64,000 nt of DNA, taken from positions 2,592,001-2,656,000 of the forward strand of contig OY764216.1 of assembly GCA_963668315.1 (NCBI GenBank), in the 5' to 3' direction. Within the stretch, counting starts at the first letter, position 1, and each line of letters starts with the position of its first letter. Positions 56,976 to 64,000 of the stretch are shown here, in pieces. Origin of the DNA: Spirochaetia bacterium. GTDB taxonomy: Bacteria; Spirochaetota; Spirochaetia; DSM-2461. Both the position numbers and the translations under genes were made by a program. The notes under the pieces are model-generated. The model was not told the DNA's origin, did not search any database, and saw only the letters and a list, made by a program, of their open reading frames with translations.

Positions 56976-57912
56976 TATTATAAACAGCATAAAGAAAAGT
57001 GCCATCTGGCTGGTACTGTTTTTTCTGGTCATATTCTTTACCTCGGCCAACCCCCGGTTTTTATCGATGAACAATCTTTTCACCATCGCCCGGCAGGTTT
57101 CCATGTACGGTATCGCTTCCATTGGCATGACTTTTGTTATCCTGATTGCCGGCATCGACCTTTCCATCGGAACCATCATCACGATTGTCAACGTGGTATG
57201 CGCTTTCCTTATGGTCAATATGGGTATGGGAATGGCGGAAGCCGTGGCCGTCTCCGTCGTTATGGCCACGGCCATCGGCGTTCTGAACGGGTTCCTTGTC
57301 TCCACTGTGGGGATTCCCGCCATCATTGCGACTTTCGCCACACAGACGGTATTCGCCGGCGCGGCCTACCTGATCTGCGGCGGGACGCCCATCTACGGTT
57401 TTGATCCCCGTTTCAAGGTGATCGGCCAGGGGTATGTGGGGCCGGTTCCCGTTCCCGTTATCATCATGACCGCCTGCTTTCTCGCCGGCGCGTTTATTCT
57501 GAACAAAACCTATTTCGGCCGGTACTTCTACGCCGTGGGCGGGAACGAGGAAGCCGCCGAGCTTTCCGGTATCCGCGTCGGCCGGATCAAGTACCTGATC
57601 TTCGCCCTTTCCGGTTTCTTCGCCGGCCTGGCGGGAATCGTTATGCTGTCCCGGACCAATTCTGCCCAGCCCACCGCCGGTCTCGGCTACGAGTTTGACG
57701 TTATCACCTGCGTCGTCCTGGGGGGTGTTTCCATTATGGGAGGTCTGGGGAAAATCTCCGGGGTCATCGCCGGCGTCCTTATTATCGGCGTGCTGACAAA
57801 CGGCATGGTGCTTCTGAACATCAGCTCCTATACGCAGATGATCGTAAAGGGCCTTGTGCTTATGTTCGCCGTCGGTTTTGATACTCTGCAGAAGAAGAAG
57901 GCCGTATCCTAG
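56965..57912 (+). CDS. Sugar ABC permease (RbsC-like)
   Basis: GIDLSIG, YAVGGNEEAAELSGI, YEFDVI..VVLGG. Confidence 0.93.
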   Translation: MKSSIINSIKKSAIWLVLFFLVIFFTSANPRFLSMNNLFTIARQVSMYGIASIGMTFVILIAGIDLSIGTIITIVNVVCAFLMVNMGMGMAEAVAVSVVMATAIGVLNGFLVSTVGIPAIIATFATQTVFAGAAYLICGGTPIYGFDPRFKVIGQGYVGPVPVPVIIMTACFLAGAFILNKTYFGRYFYAVGGNEEAAELSGIRVGRIKYLIFALSGFFAGLAGIVMLSRTNSAQPTAGLGYEFDVITCVVLGGVSIMGGLGKISGVIAGVLIIGVLTNGMVLLNISSYTQMIVKGLVLMFAVGFDTLQKKKAVS

Positions 57913-57934
57913 GAGTCGTCCTTTCTTACTTTTT

Positions 57935-57975
57935 GCCGGCAGGGAATTCTCCGTTATTTCCTGCCGGCTTTTTTT
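57935..57975 (+). terminator. Intrinsic terminator of the ABC operon
   Basis: GCCGGCAGG / CCTGCCGGC then a T-run. Confidence 0.75.
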
Positions 57976-58541
57976 TATTCTTCCCCGAGCATCTCTGCTA
58001 ATTTTATTGCGGTGTTCCAGTTCCTTATGGTCATATTCTGGTATACCCCGGTTCCTATTATTCTGTTAAGGCCGCTTTTTGTTCTTTCCGCACCGAGTCG
58101 GCGGGAGTAGATGACCCCCTCTCCGGTCCAGAGCTTGTCCACTCCCTCCCGGGGCTTGAAACTCTGCAGCGCTATTTGACCGGGTATATCCATGAGAAAT
58201 ATAACATCATAGAGGTAGATCTCCCGATTTTCTCCGAACCGGGCGGGGCGGTTCTCTATGAGCGAAAGATAGAATGTCCGGGAGAGAACAAGAACCCGGA
58301 CAAGATCCCTGTCCAGGCTGAAGCGGAGGGGAAGCCGGTTCTCTATCAGAGCGGCCGTCTCCCGGCGATCCATGGCAGACCGGAGAATGACATTTCCGCT
58401 GGCTATATAGGTCATAATCCCGGTGAAGCCCAATTCCTGGAGCATTTCCTTCAATTCCCCCATGGGAATCTTATTTTTCCCCCCTACATTAATACCTCTG
58501 AAAAGAATCACATAGGTTTCCATAGTTTTATATTGGCTCAT
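57975..58541 (-). CDS. DUF1697 family protein
   Basis: FRGINVGGKNKIPM, TYIASGNV, TIRNWNT. Confidence 0.9.
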   Translation of the reverse strand: MSQYKTMETYVILFRGINVGGKNKIPMGELKEMLQELGFTGIMTYIASGNVILRSAMDRRETAALIENRLPLRFSLDRDLVRVLVLSRTFYLSLIENRPARFGENREIYLYDVIFLMDIPGQIALQSFKPREGVDKLWTGEGVIYSRRLGAERTKSGLNRIIGTGVYQNMTIRNWNTAIKLAEMLGEE

Positions 58542-58625
58542 AGAAAGATAATATACAAGGATCAAACAACCGGAATCCTTGCTCTTCCCTATTGGGAGAC
58601 TATAATTATAGATAAGAGGTATTTC

Positions 58626-59507
58626 ATGAAAAATTTCATACGCTTTTTTACCGTTCTTATCCTTTTTTTACCGGCCGTGACATTCTTCTCCTGCAATGAC
58701 CTGGAAGGAAGCGATTCCGAGGGCGTTATTCACTTGAAAATCACCGATGCCCCCGTTTCCGGGGAGGAGATCGGGGAAGTCCATGTGGCCGTTTCCAGGA
58801 TTGACATTCACATCCCCGATCAGTGGGTCTCTCTGATGGATTTCGGGGATGAGCCAGTCGATGTGGAGCTTCTCGCTTTGGCAGACGGAATAACCGAGGA
58901 CTTGGGTGTCTATTCCGTTCCTTCGGGAAAGGTGACCCAGGTAAGGGTCTGGCTGGAGGAGTCGGGCTGCTATCTTCTGAAGCCGGAAGATGATTATAAA
59001 TATCCCCTTCAAGTTTCCTCTTCGGGTGGATTCAAGGCCGTCGGGGGCTTTGATGTACCTGTGAATGACTCTGTTCATCTTGTCCTGGATTTTGACGTCC
59101 GGAAATCCCTGGGGAAAAACAGCTCCGGCTATTTTCTGAAACCGGCCATTCGGGTCGTCGGAGAGGACAATTCCGGCATGATCACGGGTACTGTAACCGA
59201 TGAGACAGCAGACCTGGACGGAAGGGAACTGACCGTCTTTGCCTATGAAGAGGGTACTTATGACGATTCAGAGGCGGAACTCTCTGCGGACGATCTCTAT
59301 TTTGAAAACGCCGTGAGCAGTGCCCATGTCAAGCTGTGCCCCGAAGGATACTGGGCTTACAGATTGGCTTTTCTCTCGGTGAACTATACCTATGATCTGG
59401 TTCTGGTCGAGTGGGACAGCGGTGTACCAACTGTTGTAAATGGTCAGGCCGCGACGGGTCTTTCCGTTGAACCGAAGGGGACGACGAAGGCTGATATCAT
59501 TTTCTGA
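58626..59507 (+). CDS. DUF4382-type lipoprotein
   Basis: FFSC lipobox, LKITDAP, LVLDFDVRKSL, LKPAIR. Start set to the ATG at 58626. Confidence 0.8.
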   Translation: MKNFIRFFTVLILFLPAVTFFSCNDLEGSDSEGVIHLKITDAPVSGEEIGEVHVAVSRIDIHIPDQWVSLMDFGDEPVDVELLALADGITEDLGVYSVPSGKVTQVRVWLEESGCYLLKPEDDYKYPLQVSSSGGFKAVGGFDVPVNDSVHLVLDFDVRKSLGKNSSGYFLKPAIRVVGEDNSGMITGTVTDETADLDGRELTVFAYEEGTYDDSEAELSADDLYFENAVSSAHVKLCPEGYWAYRLAFLSVNYTYDLVLVEWDSGVPTVVNGQAATGLSVEPKGTTKADIIF

Positions 59508-59552
59508 GGCTGATTCGAATCTCCTGTTTTGACTTTCATAGGGATTTTTCTC

Positions 59553-59608
59553 TTGACAAAGGGGACATCATTAATTATATTTCAAATATGACTAAATAAG
59601 TCGGAATA
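59553..59608 (+). promoter_or_regulatory. cysK sigma-70 promoter and Rrf2 (CymR/IscR-type) box
   Basis: TTGACA-17-TATATT, then AATATGACTAAATAAGTCGGAATA. Confidence 0.65.
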
Positions 59609-59637
59609 ATAATGAATAGAAATTACAGGAGTAGAAT

Positions 59638-60573
59638 ATGGCAAAGATAGCAAGTTCAATTACCGATCTGATAGGACACACCCCTCTTCTGGAACTGTCC
59701 CGATATGCCGGGGAAAAGGGAGCCCAGGCAAGGATTGTCGTCAAGCTGGAGTCCTTTAATCCCGCATCGAGCGTAAAGGACAGAATCGGTTACGCCATGA
59801 TCAAGGACGCCGAGGAGAAGGGGCTGATCAACGGGGACACGGTTATCATCGAACCGACGAGCGGCAATACGGGAATCGCCCTGGCCTTTGTTTCGGCTTC
59901 CCGGGGGTACAGGCTGATTCTGACAATGCCCGATTCCATGAGTCTCGAGAGAAGGAATCTTCTCAAGGCCCTGGGTGCCGAACTGGTGCTGACACCCGGT
60001 TCGGAGGGAATGGGAGGAGCTATCAGAAAGGCGGAGGAGCTGGCGGCGGAAACTCCCAATTCGTTTATCCCCCAGCAGTTTTCCAATCCGGCGAATCCGC
60101 AGATACACCGGAATACGACGGCCGTGGAAATCTGGGAGGATACCGACGGGGAGCTGGATATTTTCGTGGCCGGAGTGGGTACGGGAGGCACGGTGAGCGG
60201 CGTGGGCGGCGCCCTCAAGAGCCGCAATCCGAAGATCCATGTGGCGGCCGTGGAACCGGACGGTTCCAAGGTTCTTTCCGGCGGCAGCAAAGGTCCCCAT
60301 AAAATACAGGGAATCGGGGCGGGCTTTGTCCCTGATAATTTCGACCGGGACGTGGTGGATGAAATTGTCACCGTAACCAATGAGGAAGCTTTTGAGACCT
60401 CAAGGGAATTGGCCCGGAAAGAGGGAGTTCTTGTGGGCATCTCCTCCGGGGCGGCCCTGGCAGCGGCGGTCAAGCTGGCGAAGAAACCGGAGAATAAGGG
60501 AAAGACCATTGTCGCCCTCCTTCCCGATACGGGGGAGAGGTATCTTTCCACCACCCTGTTCACCGAGGAGTAG
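59638..60573 (+). CDS. cysK: Cysteine synthase A
   Basis: [41 protein letters not shown]. Confidence 0.97.
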   Translation: MAKIASSITDLIGHTPLLELSRYAGEKGAQARIVVKLESFNPASSVKDRIGYAMIKDAEEKGLINGDTVIIEPTSGNTGIALAFVSASRGYRLILTMPDSMSLERRNLLKALGAELVLTPGSEGMGGAIRKAEELAAETPNSFIPQQFSNPANPQIHRNTTAVEIWEDTDGELDIFVAGVGTGGTVSGVGGALKSRNPKIHVAAVEPDGSKVLSGGSKGPHKIQGIGAGFVPDNFDRDVVDEIVTVTNEEAFETSRELARKEGVLVGISSGAALAAAVKLAKKPENKGKTIVALLPDTGERYLSTTLFTEE

Positions 60574-60597
60574 GCGGATCATTCCTCCTGTTTAAAG

Positions 60598-60641
60598 AAA
60601 AATCCCCCGGCGAGGATAAATCCCTGCCGGGGGATTTTTTT
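60598..60641. terminator. Bidirectional terminator between cysK and the patB-like gene
   Basis: AAAAATCCCCCGGC / GCCGGGGGATTTTT. Confidence 0.85.
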
Positions 60642-60682
60642 ATCCGGAGAATAACCTCCGGAACGGGTGCATAGGAGAAGTG

Positions 60683-61852
60683 TCAGAGGCTGTCCACAGC
60701 TTTTTTTATCCGGGAGAGTCCTTCCTCGAGAGTCGTACGGGGACAGGCGAAATTCAGACGGACAAAGCCGCGGCCCTCTTCACCGAATGTCTCTCCGTCA
60801 TTCAAACCGACCCGGGCTGTCCCTGAAAAAAAGTCTTTAAGATTCCCCTTGATGTTCAGAGATGTGCAGTCAAGCCAGGCAAGGTAGGTCGCTTCGGGAC
60901 GGATCATCTTGATGGAGGGAATCTTCTCTCGGAAGTAATTTTCCATGAAGTTCAGATTTTCCTCCAGGTAGACCAGCAGATCGTTCAGCCACTCTTCGCC
61001 GTATTCATAGGCCGCCTCCGCCGCCGAAAGGCCGAACACGTTGAGCGGTTCGGAGCCGTTCTTCTTCATAGTCGCAGTAAAACTATGCCTCAGGTCAGGG
61101 TCGGAGATAAGGGCGAAGGATTCGGCCAGTCCCGCCACGTTGAATGTTTTGGAGGGAGCCATGAGGGTTATGATGCGTCCGGACTCCGCTCCCTTAACCG
61201 AGGAGGCGGGGACATGTTTGTACCCCTTGAAAATGAGATCGGAATGGATCTCATCGGATACCAGTATGACACCGTATTTACGGCACAGCCCTGTGACTTT
61301 TTCTATATCGCCGCGGCTCCAGACGCGGCCGATGGGGTTGTGGGGACTGCAGAAAATCATCAGCCTGACTCCGGATGCGAGTTTTCTTTCCAGATCTTCA
61401 AAATCGATATCGTATCTGTCCCCCGAACGGCTCAGGGGATTCCTGACAAGTTCCCTTCCGTTGTCGGCAATGCTGGAGTAAAAGGGGTAGTAGATCGGGG
61501 TCTGCATCAGAACCTTATCGCCCGGTTCCGTAAAGGCCAGAACGGCCGTATTGACCGACGTGACCACGCCGGGGCTGTGGACAATGCTTCGGGGATCGAT
61601 CTCCCAGGCATGCCTCTTTTTCATCCAGTCCCTGATAAGCCCCGGGAGCTTATCCGAGGGAACGGTATAGCCATAGATCCCGTGGGCCGCCCGCTCGGTG
61701 ACGGCCTTTACAACGGGGGGCGGGGAGGGGAAATCCATATCGGCCACCCACATGGGAAGGATGTCCTCCCGGCCGAAACGCTGGGCGCAGCAGTCCCATT
61801 TCAAACAGTTGGTGCCTTTTCTTTCGGTGTAATTATCAAAGTCGTTGGTCAT
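60683..61852 (-). CDS. MalY/PatB cystathionine beta-lyase
   Basis: PMWVADMDF, CSPHNPIGRVW, SDEIH, APSKTFN, RLNFACP. Confidence 0.92.
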   Translation of the reverse strand: MTNDFDNYTERKGTNCLKWDCCAQRFGREDILPMWVADMDFPSPPPVVKAVTERAAHGIYGYTVPSDKLPGLIRDWMKKRHAWEIDPRSIVHSPGVVTSVNTAVLAFTEPGDKVLMQTPIYYPFYSSIADNGRELVRNPLSRSGDRYDIDFEDLERKLASGVRLMIFCSPHNPIGRVWSRGDIEKVTGLCRKYGVILVSDEIHSDLIFKGYKHVPASSVKGAESGRIITLMAPSKTFNVAGLAESFALISDPDLRHSFTATMKKNGSEPLNVFGLSAAEAAYEYGEEWLNDLLVYLEENLNFMENYFREKIPSIKMIRPEATYLAWLDCTSLNIKGNLKDFFSGTARVGLNDGETFGEEGRGFVRLNFACPRTTLEEGLSRIKKAVDSL

Positions 61853-61861
61853 TTTTTCTCC

Positions 61862-63013
61862 TTATTTGAGCGCCCGGTCCAGATCGGCGATCAGATCATC
61901 GGGGCTTTCCAGTCCCACGGAAAGCCTGAGGAGGCGTTCGTTAACTCCCAGGCTGTTCCTTCTCTCTTCCGGAATGGAAGCATGGGTTTGCACGGCAGGG
62001 TAGGTGATCAGAGTCTCCACCCCTCCGAGGCTTTCGGCAAACATGATGGTCTTCACCCCCTTCAGGACTTTTTCCACGGTCTCCCTGTTATCCACTTCGA
62101 AGGAGATCATGGCTCCGAATCCGCTCGCCTGAGTACGGGACGTTTCATGGCCTTTATGCCCGGGAAGTCCGGGGTAGTAAACCTTTCTGATCCTTTCATC
62201 CCCTTCGAGCCAGCGGGCGATTCTCATGGCATTCTCCTGCTGCCTGTCCATCCGGACGGCGAGGGTTTTTAGGCCCCGGAGTATCAGCCAGCTGTCGAAG
62301 GGAGAAAGGACGGCCCCGGTTGTTTTCTGGGTAAACCCGATCCGTTCGGCCAGATCTTCCCGGCTGACGACCAGGAGCCCGGCCAGGGTGTCGTTATGCC
62401 CCCCCAGGTATTTGGTACCGCTGTGAATGACCACATGGGCCCCCAGTTCCAGAGGACGCTGACAGTAGGGGGTGAGAAAGGTGTTGTCCACCAGAAGCAG
62501 AATCCCCTTCTCATCGGCCAGGGCGGCAATGGCCTTCAGATCGGCCACTTTCATGAGCGGATTGGTGGGTGTCTCGATAAAGAAAGCCCTTGTCTCCTGT
62601 CTTATGGCCGTCTTCAGGGCCCCCGTATCGCTGGAATCCACATAGGTGAACTCTATGCCTTCCCGTTCCCTCAGATCTTCTATAAGCCTGAATGAGCCTC
62701 CGTAAAGGTCTTCGGAGACAATAATGTGTTCACCTCGGGAAAAAAGGGAGAGAGCGGCGGCGACAGCAGCCATGCCCGTGGAGAAGGCAAACCCCTTCTT
62801 CCCCTTTTCCAGAAGGGCCATCGTTCTTTCCAGTTCTTCCCGGGTAGGGTTCTGAAGGCGGGAGTAATCATAGCCGGTGGATTCGCCCAGTCCCGGATGG
62901 CGGAAGGTGGCGCTCTGATAAATGGGAAAGCTGACCGCACCGGTTCTTTCCTCGCTGCGGCTGTAGCCGTGAACAAGGAGGGTTTCCAGCTTTTCTGGAT
63001 TTACATCTGTCAT
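61862..63013 (-). CDS. Cystathionine gamma-synthase/lyase (MetI/MetB family)
   Basis: PIYQSATF, YSRLQNPT, ETPTNP, VDNTF, HSGTKYLGGH, AESLGG, LRLSVG. Confidence 0.92.
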   Translation of the reverse strand: MTDVNPEKLETLLVHGYSRSEERTGAVSFPIYQSATFRHPGLGESTGYDYSRLQNPTREELERTMALLEKGKKGFAFSTGMAAVAAALSLFSRGEHIIVSEDLYGGSFRLIEDLREREGIEFTYVDSSDTGALKTAIRQETRAFFIETPTNPLMKVADLKAIAALADEKGILLLVDNTFLTPYCQRPLELGAHVVIHSGTKYLGGHNDTLAGLLVVSREDLAERIGFTQKTTGAVLSPFDSWLILRGLKTLAVRMDRQQENAMRIARWLEGDERIRKVYYPGLPGHKGHETSRTQASGFGAMISFEVDNRETVEKVLKGVKTIMFAESLGGVETLITYPAVQTHASIPEERRNSLGVNERLLRLSVGLESPDDLIADLDRALK

Positions 63014-63086
63014 ATATTGTCTCCTCTTTTTCTCCTGATTGATCTTTTTTCGGGGAGCTTATGCTATAAATATACCAAATACTATA

Positions 63087-63108
63087 AAACCTATCAATAT
63101 ACTCATAT
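63087..63108 (-). promoter_or_regulatory. Putative Rrf2 box upstream of the trans-sulfuration genes
   Basis: Minus strand ATATGAGTATATTGATAGGTTT resembles the cysK box ATATGACTAAATAAGTCGGAAT. Confidence 0.5.
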
Positions 63109-63123
63109 ATGAAACAGAAGAAA

Positions 63124-63555
63124 TCAGATGTAGTACATGTAATAATTACTGTTCGACTTAAAGTAGTCGTCTACGAGATCCTGGAGCGTCAGCGAATCGG
63201 CCAGTTCATCAATTTTACCGTTTATCTTTTCCCAGACAAGGGTTCTGATGCATCTCTGCAGGGGCGACTCCTGCTCTTCTTCGTCCACCACGGAGAGGGA
63301 GCCCTCCAGGGGGCGCAGTATCTCTCCCACCAGGATTTCCCGGGGGGGACGGGAGAGGATATATCCTCCGCTGGCCCCTTTGACGCTTTTGACAAGGCCC
63401 GCTTTTCTCAGGGCGGAGAAAATCTGCTCCAGATAATTTTCCGAAACGACCTGACGGTCGGAAATACTGAAGAGGGAAACATGCTCTCTCTGGGAATTCA
63501 CAGCCAGATCGATCATAGACCTCAGGCCGTATCTTGCTTTTGCGGAAATCTTCAT
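63124..63555 (-). CDS. Rrf2 family regulator, CymR-like
   Basis: MKISAKARYGLR, YLEQI, SVKGASGGY, single Cys, C-terminus YYMYYI. Start at 63555. Confidence 0.9.
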   Translation of the reverse strand: MKISAKARYGLRSMIDLAVNSQREHVSLFSISDRQVVSENYLEQIFSALRKAGLVKSVKGASGGYILSRPPREILVGEILRPLEGSLSVVDEEEQESPLQRCIRTLVWEKINGKIDELADSLTLQDLVDDYFKSNSNYYMYYI

Positions 63556-63616
63556 GACCTCATCTCCGGTTCGGTCCATTCCCGGCGGGGTGGAATCCAG
63601 GGGCATGGTAAACAAA

Positions 63617-64000
63617 TCATATGAAAAAGTCCATAGAAGCCGGTCCGGAGGATTCTTCCCTGGCGTAACACTCCACAATGTCACCCAGGGAGACGGATGC
63701 GGCCGTTTCGTTCATTACAGACCAGAGCTGGTTCCAGAAACCGCGGGTGGGACAGATGTCGACGCGGCAGCAGGAGTCCCTGTCGCTGAGGCACTCCACC
63801 GGAGCCAGAGAGCCTTCCAGGGCTTCCAGTATCTCCAGGACCGTAATATCCGAAGCTTCCCGGGATAGAAGGTATCCTCCCTGGGCGCCCCTTATGCTTT
63901 TAACGATATCCGCCCGGCGTAGTTTGGGAAAAATCTGAAGCATATAGGAGTGGGAGATGGAGCAGCGCTCCGATATATCCCGCAGGTTGACCGGACCTCC
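63617..64000 (-). CDS. Rrf2 family regulator, IscR-like (Cys-rich), 5' end beyond window
   Basis: SIRGAQGGY, LEG..VECLSDRDSCCRVDIC, C-terminus MDFFI. Confidence 0.88.
   Translation of the reverse strand, partial: GGPVNLRDISERCSISHSYMLQIFPKLRRADIVKSIRGAQGGYLLSREASDITVLEILEALEGSLAPVECLSDRDSCCRVDICPTRGFWNQLWSVMNETAASVSLGDIVECYAREESSGPASMDFFI

Noticed and set aside
1..64000. CRISPR arrays, tRNA/rRNA, prophage or transposase genes
   Set aside because: None found by eye. The excisionase-like HTH is fused to EIIA and has no integrase nearby.

Overview
Gene-dense chromosomal window, probably from a free-living Spirochaetaceae-type spirochaete. This is inferred from 'LFANG/LWANG'-type binding-protein N-termini and spirochaete-style TPR, LamG and large envelope proteins. 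No rRNA, tRNA, CRISPR array or transposase was seen. Housekeeping genes include uvrC, hslO, guaA, ddl, a RecQ-like helicase and purL. Other blocks are a GlpP/Ugp-like glycerol-phosphate locus, two divergent GTP-PEP carboxykinases around a DUF2294/MpsC gene, an arabinan/polyol cluster and a cysteine/methionine cluster with two Rrf2 regulators. Leading candidates for new biology: (1) a split regulon in which an HTH-EIIA fusion (35752-36438) and a distant EIIA/cation:proton antiporter/PII-like operon (14908-16946) share a near-identical phased GGAC operator; (2) DUF2294 followed by a switch-like structured leader before PEPCK; (3) an unexplained ~400-nt structured non-coding segment after uvrC; (4) a 1515-aa protein with SprA-like (type IX translocon) motifs; (5) a RibL-like nucleotidyltransferase fused to an EamA transporter; (6) a voltage-sensor/HAMP membrane protein with no visible pore or output domain. 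All family calls come from motif recognition by eye, not database searches.
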